In this document: piece by piece, positions 19,680-29,694 of the stretch
How positions within the stretch are numbered: the first letter of the stretch is position 1
How the letters are laid out: every line of letters starts with the position of its first letter
DNA from: an uncultured bacterium
Lineage (GTDB): Bacteria; Planctomycetota; Phycisphaerae; UBA1845
Direction: 5' to 3'
Length of the DNA: 32,268 bases
NCBI GenBank assembly: GCA_965371825.1
Contig: CBDUZY010000001.1
Coordinates: forward strand, 1 to 32,268
Notes under the pieces: generated by a model
The model's database searches: none
The model's input: only the letters and a program-made list of their open reading frames with translations
Told to the model about the DNA's origin: nothing
Program-made: the position numbers and the translations under genes

Positions 19680-22600
19680 CTATCCGACGTGTCGTTTCTC
19701 CAAGTGAATGTTCAGACACAGTCCGCGGATCTCGTTACACAGGACATCGAAGGAGACCGGCGTCCCGGCCTCGAGCGTGTTACGCCCCTTCACCATTGTC
19801 TCGTAGATCTTCGTTCGCCCTTCGACGTCGTCACTCTTGACCGTGATCAACTCTTGCAGCACATAGGCCGCTCCATATGCCTCGAGGCCCCAGACCTCCA
19901 TTTCCCCGAAGCGCTGTCCGCCGGTGCGGGCCTTCCCACCCAGCGGCTGTTGCGTGATCAGGCTGTAAGGTCCTGTCGCTCTGGCGTGGATCTTGTCGTC
20001 GACGAGATGGTGGAGCTTCAACATGTAGATGTAGCCGACGGTGATGCCCTGGTCGAAGTACTCGCCGGTACGCCCGTCTCGAAGACGAACCTTGCCACCG
20101 GGGCGAAGCTTCGAGAAGCGAAGGTCGTTCGTTGCGGCCCCCGCGATGGCTTCAGCGTCCCCCTGACGACTCGTGGCGACCTCGTTCGCCTCCCGCAGGG
20201 CCGTGTGGATCTCCTCCTCAGACGCCCCGTCGAAGACCGGGGTTACGGCCTGGAGACCAATCACTCTGGCGGCCCATCCCAAGTGGGTCTCCAGAATCTG
20301 CCCCACGTTCATACGTGACGGCACGCCCAGGGGATTCAGCAAGAGGTCCACCGGTGTGCCGTCGTCCAGGAAGGGCATGTCCTCTTCGGGAACGATCTTC
20401 GCAATCACACCCTTGTTGCCATGCCGCCCGGCCATCTTGTCTCCCACCGAAATCGAACGCTTGGTGGCCACATAGACCTTCACCATCTCGAGGACGCCCG
20501 AAGGAAGCTCGTCACCGCGCTTCATCTGAGCGGACTTGCGATCGCGCTCCTCCTGGATCTCCTCGATCCGCGGCCAGAACCGCTCGACTATCGTCAGGCA
20601 ATCCTCACGCTTCGACGCGGGTTTGACCCATTTCAGGTCCCTCGACCGGACGTGTTCGGCGAAGATGTCGATTTGCTCCATGATGACCTCGTCAAGGTCG
20701 CTGTGGCCGACCTTCTGGCGCGTGTTCGGGTCGATCATGGGTGTCTCCATGACGGGTTCGATCTCGTCACAGAGTTGCTTGAAGCAGGCGATGATCCGGG
20801 CGTTCTGCTCGCCCACGTACTTCTCGATCTCCTCGTTCAGTTCTCGGCGCTGCTCGTCGGTCATGTGGATCCGGCGGCTGAAACGCTTGGCCCCGATGAC
20901 GATTCCCTGTTCGCCCGCCGGCAGCTCCAGCGAGTCGTTCTTCACATCCTCCCCTGCTCGACCGAAGATCGCGTGCAGCAACTTCTCTTCCGGGCTCAGC
21001 TCGCTCTTCGACTTCGGACTGACTTTGCCCACGAGGATATCGCGCTGTTGGACCCGAGTGCCTATGCGCACTATCCCGTCGGCATCGAGGTTCGCGAGGG
21101 CTTTCTCGGATACGTTGGGGATGTCGGCTGTGAACTCCTCCCGCCCGAGCTTTGTCTCTCGAACCTCTATGTCATATTCGTCGATGTGGATGCTGGTGAA
21201 GGTGTCGTTTCGAACGAGGCGCTCACTGATAACGATCGCGTCCTCGAAGTTGTGACCGTCATAGGTCAGGAACGCGACCAACACGTTCTTACCGAGAGCC
21301 AACTCGCCGTCGGCGGTCGCGGGTCCGTCCGCGATGATGTCCCCCGCCTTGACCCGCTGCCCCGGCTGGACCAGCGGTTTTTGGTTCATACACGTCCGCT
21401 CGTTGAGGCCCTGGAACTTGCGAAGCAGGTACTCGTCCGTGTCGTCGATCACGATCCGTGTAGCGTCGACGTACGTCACTTTCCCCGTCGTCCGGCTCTT
21501 GACCACCATGCCGCTGTTCGCGGCCACCGCCTTTTCCATTCCGGTCGCTACGACCGGAGGCTCCACCTTCAGGAGCGGGACGGCCTGTCGCTGCATGTTC
21601 GATCCCATGAGAGCGCGGTTCGCGTCGTCGTGCTCCAGGAACGGAATCAACGACGCCGAGACGCCGATCGTTTGCTTGGGCGAGATATCGACAAAGGTGA
21701 CCTGATCGGCATGGACCTGACCGAGGTCACCGTGCCGTCGGACGATCAGGTTTCCCTCCCGAAGGCGATCGGATCCAGGTTCCACAGCCTCGGGAGGAGC
21801 GAGCGTCTCGCGCATCTCCTCGTCGGCGCGCAGGAACAGGTGTTCCCCGATCTTCCCGTTCTTGCCGACCTTGCGGTACGGAGTGATGAGGAAGCCGTAG
21901 TCGTCGACCGCGCTGTACAAACTCAGCGAAGCGATCAGCCCGATGTTCGTCCCTTCCGGGGTCTCGATCGGGCAGATCCGTCCGTAGTGGCTGATGTGAA
22001 CGTCGCGAACCTCGAAGCCCGCCCGCTTTCGGTTCAGCCCGCCCGGGCCTAGCGCTGAGAGACGTCGTTCATGGGTGAGCTGGGACAGAGGGTTCGTCTG
22101 GTCGACGACCTGCGACAGTTCCCCGCGCCCGAAGAAGAGCTCCACGGCTGAGCTGATTGACTTGCTATTGATCAGTTCCGCCACCCGGCCTAGCTGATCC
22201 GGATCCTTGAGGCTCATCCGTTCCTGCACCGTTCGGCGGAGTTTGAGGAATCCCTTCCGCATCTCGTCGGCACACAACTCGTCGAGCGTTCGCAGGCGCC
22301 TGTTGCCCAGATGGTCGATGTCATCGACGGCGAACGCCGACTCGCCGGTTCGCAGCTTCAGAAGGTACCTGAGGCAGTTGACCATGTCCTCGACGGTGAG
22401 CGTCATGGAACCACCGTCGCTATCGATCTCGAACTTGCGATTCAGGCGAAACCTGCCGACCTTGCCCAGGCGATAGCGGTTCTCGTCATAGAATTTCTCG
22501 CCGAACAGCTTCTTCGCCTTGTCGATCTGGGGGGGGTTGCCCGGTCGGAGCCGTCCGTAGATCTTGAGCAGGGCTTCCTCGTACGTGCGGCTCGTATCCT

Positions 22601-23453
22601 CCGCCAGGGTGTTGAGGATGAGCGGATCGGACACCTTGCTTATCACCCGCAGGCTCTTTAACGGAAGGCCCTGGATCCGCTCCACCGCGTCGCCGACCTG
22701 ACACCCGGCCCGAACCAGCACCTCGTCCTCCTCCTCGTCGACAATCGGCGAAACCGTGTACATCTCCGGCTTGAGGGCGGAGGTCCGCACCATCTTCGTC
22801 CGGTAGAACGTCTCGACGATCGCCTCGTCCGTGGAGTACTGCTGATCCATAGCCCGAAGGAATGTGGTCGCCGGCAGCTTGCTCGATTGGTCGATGCGTA
22901 CGACCAGCAGGTCCTTCTTGGTGACCTCGATCTCGATCCAACTGCCCCGCTCCGGGATGATGCGGCAGGCGTGCAGCGCCCGGTCGCCCTCGGCCTGGTC
23001 CTTGATGAAGTCCACGCCGGGGGAGCGGTGAAGCTGGGAGACGATCACCCGCTCCGCCCCGTTAACTATGAACTCGCCGCCGCCGATCATGATCGGCATG
23101 TCGCCCAGGTAGATCTGATCCTCTTGGATCTCGTCGCTGTCCTTGCGCACCAGGCGAAGGCGCACGCGGAGCGGCATACCGTAGGTCAGGCGCAGCTCGC
23201 GGCATTCGTCCGGTGTATATCGCGCTTTTCCCAGCTCGTAACTGATGTAGTGCAGGGCGAGCTTTCCGTCGTAACTCTCGATCGGGAACATCTCCCGAAG
23301 CAGCGATTCGAGACCCCGAGGGGCTCGCTCCGCCGGAGCAACCTCCTCCTGGAGGAAACGAGAGTACGAGCGCGTCTGAATGCCGATCAGGTCCGGAATC
23401 CCGATCGCATCTCCGACCTTCGAGTAGTTTCGGACGGCAAGTGTCGTCGTCAT
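19680..23453 (-). CDS. rpoB: DNA-directed RNA polymerase subunit beta
   Basis: Trimmed to ATG 23453 ([30 protein letters not shown]), with GAGGGA upstream. Conserved beta motifs are present throughout, for example [20 protein letters not shown] and the FGEMEVW-type segment. Confidence 0.98.
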   Translation of the reverse strand: MTTTLAVRNYSKVGDAIGIPDLIGIQTRSYSRFLQEEVAPAERAPRGLESLLREMFPIESYDGKLALHYISYELGKARYTPDECRELRLTYGMPLRVRLRLVRKDSDEIQEDQIYLGDMPIMIGGGEFIVNGAERVIVSQLHRSPGVDFIKDQAEGDRALHACRIIPERGSWIEIEVTKKDLLVVRIDQSSKLPATTFLRAMDQQYSTDEAIVETFYRTKMVRTSALKPEMYTVSPIVDEEEDEVLVRAGCQVGDAVERIQGLPLKSLRVISKVSDPLILNTLAEDTSRTYEEALLKIYGRLRPGNPPQIDKAKKLFGEKFYDENRYRLGKVGRFRLNRKFEIDSDGGSMTLTVEDMVNCLRYLLKLRTGESAFAVDDIDHLGNRRLRTLDELCADEMRKGFLKLRRTVQERMSLKDPDQLGRVAELINSKSISSAVELFFGRGELSQVVDQTNPLSQLTHERRLSALGPGGLNRKRAGFEVRDVHISHYGRICPIETPEGTNIGLIASLSLYSAVDDYGFLITPYRKVGKNGKIGEHLFLRADEEMRETLAPPEAVEPGSDRLREGNLIVRRHGDLGQVHADQVTFVDISPKQTIGVSASLIPFLEHDDANRALMGSNMQRQAVPLLKVEPPVVATGMEKAVAANSGMVVKSRTTGKVTYVDATRIVIDDTDEYLLRKFQGLNERTCMNQKPLVQPGQRVKAGDIIADGPATADGELALGKNVLVAFLTYDGHNFEDAIVISERLVRNDTFTSIHIDEYDIEVRETKLGREEFTADIPNVSEKALANLDADGIVRIGTRVQQRDILVGKVSPKSKSELSPEEKLLHAIFGRAGEDVKNDSLELPAGEQGIVIGAKRFSRRIHMTDEQRRELNEEIEKYVGEQNARIIACFKQLCDEIEPVMETPMIDPNTRQKVGHSDLDEVIMEQIDIFAEHVRSRDLKWVKPASKREDCLTIVERFWPRIEEIQEERDRKSAQMKRGDELPSGVLEMVKVYVATKRSISVGDKMAGRHGNKGVIAKIVPEEDMPFLDDGTPVDLLLNPLGVPSRMNVGQILETHLGWAARVIGLQAVTPVFDGASEEEIHTALREANEVATSRQGDAEAIAGAATNDLRFSKLRPGGKVRLRDGRTGEYFDQGITVGYIYMLKLHHLVDDKIHARATGPYSLITQQPLGGKARTGGQRFGEMEVWGLEAYGAAYVLQELITVKSDDVEGRTKIYETMVKGRNTLEAGTPVSFDVLCNEIRGLCLNIHLEKRHVG

Positions 23454-23678
23454 AGAGCAAGTCCCTCGTTCAATCGCCCGTGTCGCTTGCGCATGACGCA
23501 AGCGCTGGCTCGTCGGCCGGCGCCGACGAAAGAACACGATACAACAGTGGGACGACCCTCATCGTGCGGGGCTTCCGGTGGACCGGGTGTCCCATCAACC
23601 CGGTCGATCCCGCCCCGCCGTGGACGTGAATTTCCCGCGGGATAAACAAATAAACAAGTCGATCTATACGATCCTCAT

Positions 23679-23713
23679 CCCAAACCAAAGCGGGCAACCC
23701 AGCATCTGCCCGC
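23679..23713 (-). terminator. Intrinsic-terminator-like hairpin (attenuator candidate) between rplL and rpoB
   Basis: Transcript strand: GCGGGCA-GATGCTGGGT-TGCCCGC (7-bp stem), followed by TTTGGTTTGGG. It sits about 95 nt after the rplL stop. This mirrors the known partial terminator at this junction in E. coli. Confidence 0.5.
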
Positions 23714-23808
23714 CGCGGCAGCACCAGTCATCCGATGCAAGCCGCCATCCGAAGTCCGGTAACCGGCAAGTCTCGTTGATCGCGACCAACGACGCCGGCC
23801 ATGGTCGG

Positions 23809-24213
23809 TCAGGAAATCGTGACGGCTCCGCCCGCCTCTTCGATCTCCGTCTTGACCTTCTCGGCCTCTTCCTTCGACACGCCTTCCTTGATCGCCTTGG
23901 GACAGCTCTCCACGAGCTCTTTGGCTTCCTTGAGCCCCAGGCTGGTTAGCGACCGAACGACCTTGATCACCGCTATCTTCTTGTCCCCGTAGCCCGCAAG
24001 AATGGCGTCGAACAGGGTCTGTTCTTCGACCTCGGCCGGGGCGTCCCCGCCTGCGCCGGCTGCCATCATCACTCCACCGCCGGCAGGCTCGATTCCGTGC
24101 ACTTCCTTCAGGCAGTCCACGAGCGACTGGGCGTCCTTAACGGTCAGGTTGACGAGCTTGTCGGCGAGTTCTTTGGTCTCGGTGCTGAACTCTACTGCTG
24201 GGGCCTCTGCCAT
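23809..24213 (-). CDS. rplL: 50S ribosomal protein L7/L12
   Basis: 134-aa ORF with an Ala/Gly hinge and a C-terminal domain ([38 protein letters not shown]). Confidence 0.97.
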   Translation of the reverse strand: MAEAPAVEFSTETKELADKLVNLTVKDAQSLVDCLKEVHGIEPAGGGVMMAAGAGGDAPAEVEEQTLFDAILAGYGDKKIAVIKVVRSLTSLGLKEAKELVESCPKAIKEGVSKEEAEKVKTEIEEAGGAVTIS

Positions 24214-24380
24214 CGACTCCTACTCCTTAACTTCGTATTTCGCCGCAACGATAGGCAACCCACCCCGAAGTGGGTCATTTCATCCGCCGGCGGCGGACCA
24301 GTCGTCATGCGGCGTCTTGGTTCATCGTGCGTGTTGTCCGATCAATCCGACCGGACACCCCGTGCGGTTCGTTTCCGCAG

Positions 24381-24893
24381 TCAGGCGGCTTTGTCGGCCA
24401 GGGCCTTCAGGCAACCGGCGATCTTCGCCTGCGGCGATCCGATGCAACCCGCGATAGCTCTGCCCGGCGAGGAAATCAGCATCATCAGCTCGCCCAGCAG
24501 CTCGGTCCGCCCTTTCATCTTCGCCAGGGTTTCGACCGAGATCAGCGACGGATCACCGTCGAAGATCGCCTGCTTGAGCTTGAGCTCCGTAAACTCCCGG
24601 GCGGCCCCTACCAGGATCTTCGCGATATCGATCAGCGATTCCGGCGAGGTAACCAGAGCACAGGGACCTTCCAACGCTTCACCGAGTGGGGCGAGCGGTC
24701 CGTCCTCAAAGGCTCTTCGAGCCAGGCTGTTCTTTATGACCTCGAGACGCGCCGACTTTTCGCGGAGCATTCCCCGCAAAGACTCCTGCGCCTTTACGTT
24801 CAATCCGGTCAGTTCCACGACGCACGCGCTACGCATTCCCCCATAGCGCTCGCGAAGATCATCGGCGACCAACTTCTTGACAGCCTTGCTCAT
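24381..24893 (-). CDS. rplJ: 50S ribosomal protein L10
   Basis: 170-aa ORF with ATG start, L10-like sequence and a position immediately upstream of rplL. Confidence 0.94.
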   Translation of the reverse strand: MSKAVKKLVADDLRERYGGMRSACVVELTGLNVKAQESLRGMLREKSARLEVIKNSLARRAFEDGPLAPLGEALEGPCALVTSPESLIDIAKILVGAAREFTELKLKQAIFDGDPSLISVETLAKMKGRTELLGELMMLISSPGRAIAGCIGSPQAKIAGCLKALADKAA

Positions 24894-24947
24894 CGATTCA
24901 TCCTGCCGTTGCTACGAACCCAATTTCACTACCGGGCAGCGCCGCCG

Positions 24948-25676
24948 TTAAGCGCTTGCCGTAATCGTTACCGACGGCGTCCGGGTCGCCGTGAGGCAGA
25001 CCCGCTTCATATAGTGGCCCTTTGCCGCGGAAGGCTTGATCTTCACGAAGTGGTCGATCACCGCCTCGATATTCGCCTTGAGATCGCCGTCCGAGAAGCT
25101 CACCTTGCCGACCGGAAGGTGGATATTCCCACCGTCGTCGTTGCGAAACTCCAATCGACCGGCGGCGAACTCCTTGACAGTCGCCGCGACATCCGGCGTC
25201 ACCGTCCCGGCCTTCGGTGTCGGCATCTTCCCCTGCGGGCCCAATATCCGCCCCAGCTTGCCGACTTTGCCCATCATCGATGGGTGGGCGACCGCCACGT
25301 CAAAGTCGAACCAGCCCTCCTTGACCTTGGCGATCAGCTCGTCACCACCGGCTTCGGTCGCTCCCGCTTCCTTCGCGGCGTCCGCCACCGCCTCGTCGCA
25401 GAACGCGATCACCTTTCGGGACTTGCCAATCCCCTTCGGCAAGGAGATCGCCCCGCGGAGCATCTGATCGGCCTGCTTCGGATCGATGCCCAGATGAAGC
25501 ACGATTTCCACGGTGTGATCCATGTCCTTGCGCTTCTTGCCGTTCTTGTACTTCCGGTCGGCCTTGATCGCCGCCATCTCCTTGACCTTGGCGATCCCCT
25601 CGTCGACACTCATGGGTGTGGACGCACCACCACCCGTCTCCAACTGCTTCCGGTATGCAACGCTTCTGTACGCCAC
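24948..25676 (-). CDS. rplA: 50S ribosomal protein L1
   Basis: L1 core: EIVLHLGIDPKQADQMLRGAISLPKGIGK...GPQGKMPTPKAGTV. The start is ambiguous. GTG 25676 has GGAG 10 nt upstream and gives about 242 aa. GTG 25721 directly abuts the rplK stop and gives 257 aa. Confidence 0.9.
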   Translation of the reverse strand: MAYRSVAYRKQLETGGGASTPMSVDEGIAKVKEMAAIKADRKYKNGKKRKDMDHTVEIVLHLGIDPKQADQMLRGAISLPKGIGKSRKVIAFCDEAVADAAKEAGATEAGGDELIAKVKEGWFDFDVAVAHPSMMGKVGKLGRILGPQGKMPTPKAGTVTPDVAATVKEFAAGRLEFRNDDGGNIHLPVGKVSFSDGDLKANIEAVIDHFVKIKPSAAKGHYMKRVCLTATRTPSVTITASA

Positions 25677-25721
25677 TTGTTCACCACTCCGCCCGAGAGC
25701 GATCCCAGGCTGGAAAATCAC

Positions 25722-26156
25722 CTAGTCGACAATATCGATTCCCATCGAGCGCGCCGTACCCGCGACGATGCGCTCCGCCGCCTCCACCGTGTTGGCGTTC
25801 AGATCCGGCAGTTTCCGCTCGGCGATCGTGCGGACCTGCGCGGCGGTCACCGTCCCGACCTTTTCCTTGTTGGGCACGCCACTGCCCTTCGCAATCTGGG
25901 CGGCATCCTTGAGCAGCACGGCCGCCGGCGGACTCTTGACCTCATAAGTGAACGATCGATCCGAGTACACGGAGATCACCACCGATACGGTCATTCCGTT
26001 AAGCGACGCCGTCGCCGCGTTGAACTGCTGAACGAACTGGCCTATGTTCACGCCGTGCTGCCCGAGCGCCGGACCTATGGGCGGCGCGGGCGTAGCTTGT
26101 CCGCCCGGGGCCTGCAGCTTGATCGTCGCGGTCAGTTCCTTACCCTTCTTCGCCAC
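25722..26156 (-). CDS. rplK: 50S ribosomal protein L11
   Basis: 144-aa ORF with GTG start after AGGAG. Sequence runs [27 protein letters not shown]. Confidence 0.96.
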   Translation of the reverse strand: MAKKGKELTATIKLQAPGGQATPAPPIGPALGQHGVNIGQFVQQFNAATASLNGMTVSVVISVYSDRSFTYEVKSPPAAVLLKDAAQIAKGSGVPNKEKVGTVTAAQVRTIAERKLPDLNANTVEAAERIVAGTARSMGIDIVD

Positions 26157-26242
26157 TTGGACTCCTAACCCGCCGCCATGACGGGACAGAACACTCCGAT
26201 TGCCGATCGATCACCACCCGGCTCCGACCGGAGTGAAATCGC

Positions 26243-26833
26243 CTACTCGACCTTCTCCAGTTGCCAGTACCCCACCTCGATGGGCGTGGATCGACCGAAG
26301 ATCGACACCACCACCGACACCATGCCTCGCTTCTCGTCGACGGTATCGACCTCTCCCTCGTAGCTCTCGAACGCCCCGTCGGTGATCTTCACCTGATCGC
26401 CCTTGTGGATGTTCAGGCCCGACAGTCCCGGCTGCTCCTCCGCCTTTTCCGAGGCGGCTAGCATTCCGACAACATCCTGCTCGGGCATGCTGGTCGGTTT
26501 CCCGTCTGAACCGATGAAATCGCCCACACCGGTCGTCTCTTTCATCAAGAACCACACGGCCTCCGGGATCGATCCATCCTCCTCGCAGGCCATCTCTACG
26601 AAGACGTAACCCGGATAGAGCTTCCGCTCGACGATCTTCAGCACGCCCGACTTCATCCGCTTTTCTTTGAGCGTCGGGACCAGGATCCTGCCGACACGTG
26701 TCTCGAGCCCCTCGATCTTGACCTTGCGATCGAGTGCCTGTCGCACCTGCTCCTCTTTGTTGGAAGCGACGCGCAGGACGTACCACTTCATGCCCGGCGC
26801 GGTAATCTCGGTTGTATTCGGGACGTCGGTCAT
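26243..26833 (-). CDS. nusG: Transcription termination/antitermination factor NusG
   Basis: NGN domain (KWYVLRVASNKEEQV...) plus KOW domain (GDQVKITDGAFESYEGEV). ATG 26833 overlaps the secE TGA (ATGA). Confidence 0.94.
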   Translation of the reverse strand: MTDVPNTTEITAPGMKWYVLRVASNKEEQVRQALDRKVKIEGLETRVGRILVPTLKEKRMKSGVLKIVERKLYPGYVFVEMACEEDGSIPEAVWFLMKETTGVGDFIGSDGKPTSMPEQDVVGMLAASEKAEEQPGLSGLNIHKGDQVKITDGAFESYEGEVDTVDEKRGMVSVVVSIFGRSTPIEVGYWQLEKVE

Positions 26834-27384
26834 CTCTTGAGCACACCGAACCATCTGAATCCCGTCTGGAACACGATGTCCACGACGAACAGGTAGGTGG
26901 CCATCAGCACCGTGAACATAATCACGACCTTGGTCGAGCCGATGATCTCTCGTCGCGTTGACCAGTTCACTTTCTTCATTTCGCCTTCAGTGGCGATCAT
27001 GAAATCGCTGCCCGTCCTGTTGGAGTACGACAGCCACCACAGCAAGCCGCCGAACACGACCGCAAAGACGATCGGAATCCCCGTCGTGATCAGCAAGGAA
27101 AGCACATCGTCGCCCTGGTACACCTGCAGGCGGTCCCAGACGAAATACGCACCCCAAGCGATCAAGGCTCCGCCCGCGGCCATCGTGCCGTTACGGGTGG
27201 CTTTGCCCTGCTCGGGCTTGTACTGCCTGAAGAAACCGCCCTCCGTTCGACGTACGGCGGGGCCGCGCGGGACGTCAGAGGCGCCGCCACCTGATCGCCC
27301 ACCGGGCACGTCACCTCCGCCATTCTTCCGCGAAGGTGTCGACCCCTCCTTACGCTTGATCGCCGTCGTCTCGCTGTCGTCCAT
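26830..27384 (-). CDS. secE: Preprotein translocase subunit SecE, three-TM form with a Gly/Arg-rich N-terminal tail
   Basis: The C-terminal segment KVNWSTRREIIGSTKVVIMFTVLMATYLFVVDIVF is the conserved SecE helix, and two further hydrophobic helices lie upstream. ATG 27384 is preferred over TTG 27447, so the start is uncertain. Confidence 0.85.
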   Translation of the reverse strand: MDDSETTAIKRKEGSTPSRKNGGGDVPGGRSGGGASDVPRGPAVRRTEGGFFRQYKPEQGKATRNGTMAAGGALIAWGAYFVWDRLQVYQGDDVLSLLITTGIPIVFAVVFGGLLWWLSYSNRTGSDFMIATEGEMKKVNWSTRREIIGSTKVVIMFTVLMATYLFVVDIVFQTGFRWFGVLKR

Positions 27385-27469
27385 CTTGTCGCCTAAGTCT
27401 CCACTCGCCTCGGGTCGCGATTCCACCGGACGCCGCGACCGACCCAAACCACGATCGGACCGCCCCCGA

Positions 27470-27542
27470 CAGGAGCGGAGGGACTTGAACCCCCAACCGC
27501 CGGTTTTGGAAACCGGTGCTCTGCCAATTGAGCTACGCTCCT
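27470..27542 (-). tRNA. trnW: tRNA-Trp (anticodon CCA)
   Basis: The minus strand AGGAGCGTAGCTCAATTGGCAGAGCACCGGTTTCCAAAACCGGCGGTTGGGGGTTCAAGTCCCTCCGCTCCTG folds as a cloverleaf. It has a 7-bp acceptor stem, anticodon loop TTCCAAA and T-loop TTCAAGT. No 3' CCA is encoded. Confidence 0.93.
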
Positions 27543-27575
27543 AAGCAGATCCCATCCCTCGCCGCCAGCGGGAGT

Positions 27576-27743
27576 CTACTTCCTCTTGATCTTGTGGATC
27601 GTGTGCTTTCGCTGTCGCTTGCAGTACTTCGATCGCTCTAGCTTGGGCGTACCGCCAAGAACGTTCACACTCGTCCGATAGTTAAGGTCGCTGCACTCCT
27701 TGCACTGCAACCACACGTATTCACGCTTGACCGCCTTCGCCAT
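27576..27743 (-). CDS. rpmG: 50S ribosomal protein L33 (55 aa; below the ORF-track length cutoff)
   Basis: My translation is MAKAVKREYVWLQCKECSDLNYRTSVNVLGGTPKLERSKYCKRQRKHTIHKIKRK*. The L33 pattern is present, and the position between tuf and tRNA-Trp/secE is classic. Confidence 0.9.
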   Translation of the reverse strand: MAKAVKREYVWLQCKECSDLNYRTSVNVLGGTPKLERSKYCKRQRKHTIHKIKRK

Positions 27744-27787
27744 GTCGATCTACATCCGCAAGCAGTCGCCGCCTGCAACCACGTTCC

Positions 27788-28990
27788 CTACTCGATAACC
27801 TTCGCCACCACGCCCGAACCAACGGTGCGCCCGCCCTCACGAACCGCAAAACGCAGACCCTGCTCCATCGCGATCGGCTTACCCAGTTCGACCAACATCG
27901 TGATGTTGTCGCCGGGCATGCACATCTCCGCACCCTGGAGGCTCAAGGCCCCGGTTACGTCGGTCGTCCTGAAGTAGAACTGCGGGCGGTACCCGTTGAA
28001 AAACGGCGTGTGCCGTCCCCCTTCCTCCTGGGTCAGCACGTACACCTGTGCGTCGAACTTGGTGTGCGGCGTGATCGACCCCGGGTGGGCCAGCACGTGG
28101 CCCCTTTCGACCTCGTCCTTCTTGGTGCCTCGAAGCAGGCAGCCCACGTTGTCACCCGCCTGGCCGGAATCCAGCGTCTTGTTGAACATCTCGACACCCG
28201 TGACCGTCGTCTTTTGGGTCTCGGTGAGCCCGACGATCTCGACCTCCTCGCCCACCTTGATCTGGCCTCGATCGATCCTGCCAGTCGCCACAGTTCCACG
28301 GCCCTTGATGCTGAACACATCCTCCACCGACATCAGGAACGGCTTGTCTACCTCTCGCTCCGGTATCGGAATCTGCTCGTCAAGAGCGGCGAGCAGTTCC
28401 CTGATGCACTCCGTCGCCGCCGCATCGGTCGGATTGTTCATGGCCGGAAGCGCGGACCCGCGGATCAACGCGATGTCGTCGCCCGGGAAATCGTACTTCG
28501 ACAGAAGCTCGCGCACCTCCATCTCGACCAGCTCCAAGAGCTCCGGGTCGTCGACCAGGTCCACCTTGTTTAGGAACACAACAATGTGCGGAACGTTCAC
28601 CTGCCGCGCCAGGAGAATGTGCTCTCGGGTCTGCGGCATCGGACCGTCCGCCGCTGACACGACAAGGATCGCCCCGTCCATCTGGGCGGCGCCCGTGATC
28701 ATGTTCTTCACGTAGTCGGCGTGTCCCGGACAATCGATGTGGGCGTAGTGTCGCGCCTCGGTCTCGTACTCGACGTGCGCGGTAGCGATAGTCAGAATCT
28801 TGGTCGAGTCGCGTCGCCCTTGCTTCTCAGAAGCCTTGGCCACGTCGTCATACGAAATGGCCTTGGCCATCCCCTTCTGGCTCTGCACGAGGCACATGGC
28901 GGCCGTCAGCGTCGTCTTGCCGTGGTCGACGTGCCCGATAGTGCCCACGTTGACGTGAGGCTTGGTTCGTTGAAATATTTCCTTGGCCAT
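27788..28990 (-). CDS. tuf: Elongation factor Tu
   Basis: 400-aa ORF beginning [31 protein letters not shown], with DCPGHADY and NKVD. GGAGGT lies 9 nt upstream. Confidence 0.98.
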   Translation of the reverse strand: MAKEIFQRTKPHVNVGTIGHVDHGKTTLTAAMCLVQSQKGMAKAISYDDVAKASEKQGRRDSTKILTIATAHVEYETEARHYAHIDCPGHADYVKNMITGAAQMDGAILVVSAADGPMPQTREHILLARQVNVPHIVVFLNKVDLVDDPELLELVEMEVRELLSKYDFPGDDIALIRGSALPAMNNPTDAAATECIRELLAALDEQIPIPEREVDKPFLMSVEDVFSIKGRGTVATGRIDRGQIKVGEEVEIVGLTETQKTTVTGVEMFNKTLDSGQAGDNVGCLLRGTKKDEVERGHVLAHPGSITPHTKFDAQVYVLTQEEGGRHTPFFNGYRPQFYFRTTDVTGALSLQGAEMCMPGDNITMLVELGKPIAMEQGLRFAVREGGRTVGSGVVAKVIE

Positions 28991-29171
28991 CCAGTAGCTA
29001 CCTCCACTCGATCGGCGTCCTTCTCGCCGTGCCAGTCCTTTACCCGATCACGCTCTTAGCTAACTGCTCCGCGAGACGCCTGCCAGTCACGCAACCGATC
29101 ACAGTCGCGATCCCGACGCCACTCAGAGCACCGTCGGCCACGTCAGAGCTTCTCGCGCCGCGCCATAAACA

Positions 29172-29244
29172 AGCTGCTGACGGGAATCGAACCCGTGACC
29201 TCGTCCTTACCAAGGACGCACTCTACCAGCTGAGCTACAGCAGC
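29172..29244 (-). tRNA. trnT: tRNA-Thr (anticodon GGT)
   Basis: The minus strand GCTGCTGTAGCTCAGCTGGTAGAGTGCGTCCTTGGTAAGGACGAGGTCACGGGTTCGATTCCCGTCAGCAGCT folds as a cloverleaf. It has anticodon loop TTGGTAA and T-loop TTCGATT. tRNA-Thr upstream of tuf is a common arrangement. Confidence 0.93.
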
Positions 29245-29422
29245 AATCTCACCCACCGCGCCCCGGGCGCACGCGCGGACCGCCGATGCACTCGCGCCCG
29301 CCGGCGAGCCTCGCGAAATGCTCGATATCGCCGGCACGCAGTCCCGCCAGCCACACATCGAGCCACTATCATCCCGCGGCGTACGGCAGCAATACCGCCA
29401 CAGCTACGCCCAGAGCCCCGCA

Positions 29423-29450
29423 AATATACGGATTACCGCCAACCTGTCAA
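29423..29450 (-). promoter_or_regulatory. Strong sigma-70-type promoter candidate for the tRNA-Thr/tuf transcription unit
   Basis: The minus strand reads TTGACA (29450..29445), a 16-nt spacer, then TATATT (29428..29423). An A/T-rich UP-like tract (AAGTTTTGCA) lies immediately upstream. This is the first minus-strand signal after the divergent AKR gene. Confidence 0.6.
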
Positions 29451-29694
29451 ATGCAAAACTTGCCGAAAACCATTCCGCTCACTCGCTCCCTCACCGGCTA
29501 CCCAGTCGAAGGCGGAGGAACCTCACGCCTGCTTCGACCTGTAATAACGTCACCCTACCGTTTTTAGTGCATCCCTTGCCTTCCGCCTGACTCTTGAGTG
29601 CAACGCGACCTGGCCCTAGCATTACGCGCGGCGCGCCCGACATCCCTCGGCGGCCCAACGAACCGTCGCAGCCAATCATGGAGTTCACAAAGTA

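Noticed and set aside
23470-23724. 84-aa minus-strand ORF in the rplL-rpoB spacer.
   Set aside because: It has no SD, no recognisable domain and a low-complexity composition. It spans the attenuator hairpin and the AT-rich island, so the region is more parsimoniously regulatory RNA/DNA.
24214-24380. Several small hairpins in the rplJ-rplL spacer (for example ACCCAC-TTCGG-GTGGGT and TGTCCG-N11-CGGACA) and in the nusG-rplK and rplA-rplJ spacers. These are possible L10/L1 autoregulatory leaders.
   Set aside because: The stems are short (5-6 bp) and such hairpins are expected by chance in GC-rich DNA. I cannot recognise the known L10 or L1 leader folds without covariation analysis.
24270-26168. 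Very long plus-strand ORF (632 aa). Similar plus-strand ORFs occur at 20421..22052, 16124..17113, 11647..12636, 3882..4826, 14246..14866 and 9253..10098.
   Set aside because: All lie antisense to unmistakable, highly conserved minus-strand genes (rplJ/rplA/rplK, rpoB, rpoC, fusA and others). They have the Arg/Pro/Gly/Leu-rich composition typical of shadow ORFs in GC-rich DNA. None has a recognisable motif.
27721-27933. 70-aa minus-strand ORF overlapping the tuf 3' end and the rpmG start.
   Set aside because: It is out of frame with EF-Tu and L33, both of which are unambiguous. Its composition is Arg/Cys/Trp-rich and implausible.
29245-29422. Searched for additional tRNAs (Tyr/Gly, as in the E. 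coli thrU operon) upstream of tRNA-Thr.
   Set aside because: There is no GTTCGAATC/TTCGA-type T-loop with matching acceptor stems on either strand. The 71-aa ORF at 29143..29358 overlaps the tRNA and is spurious.
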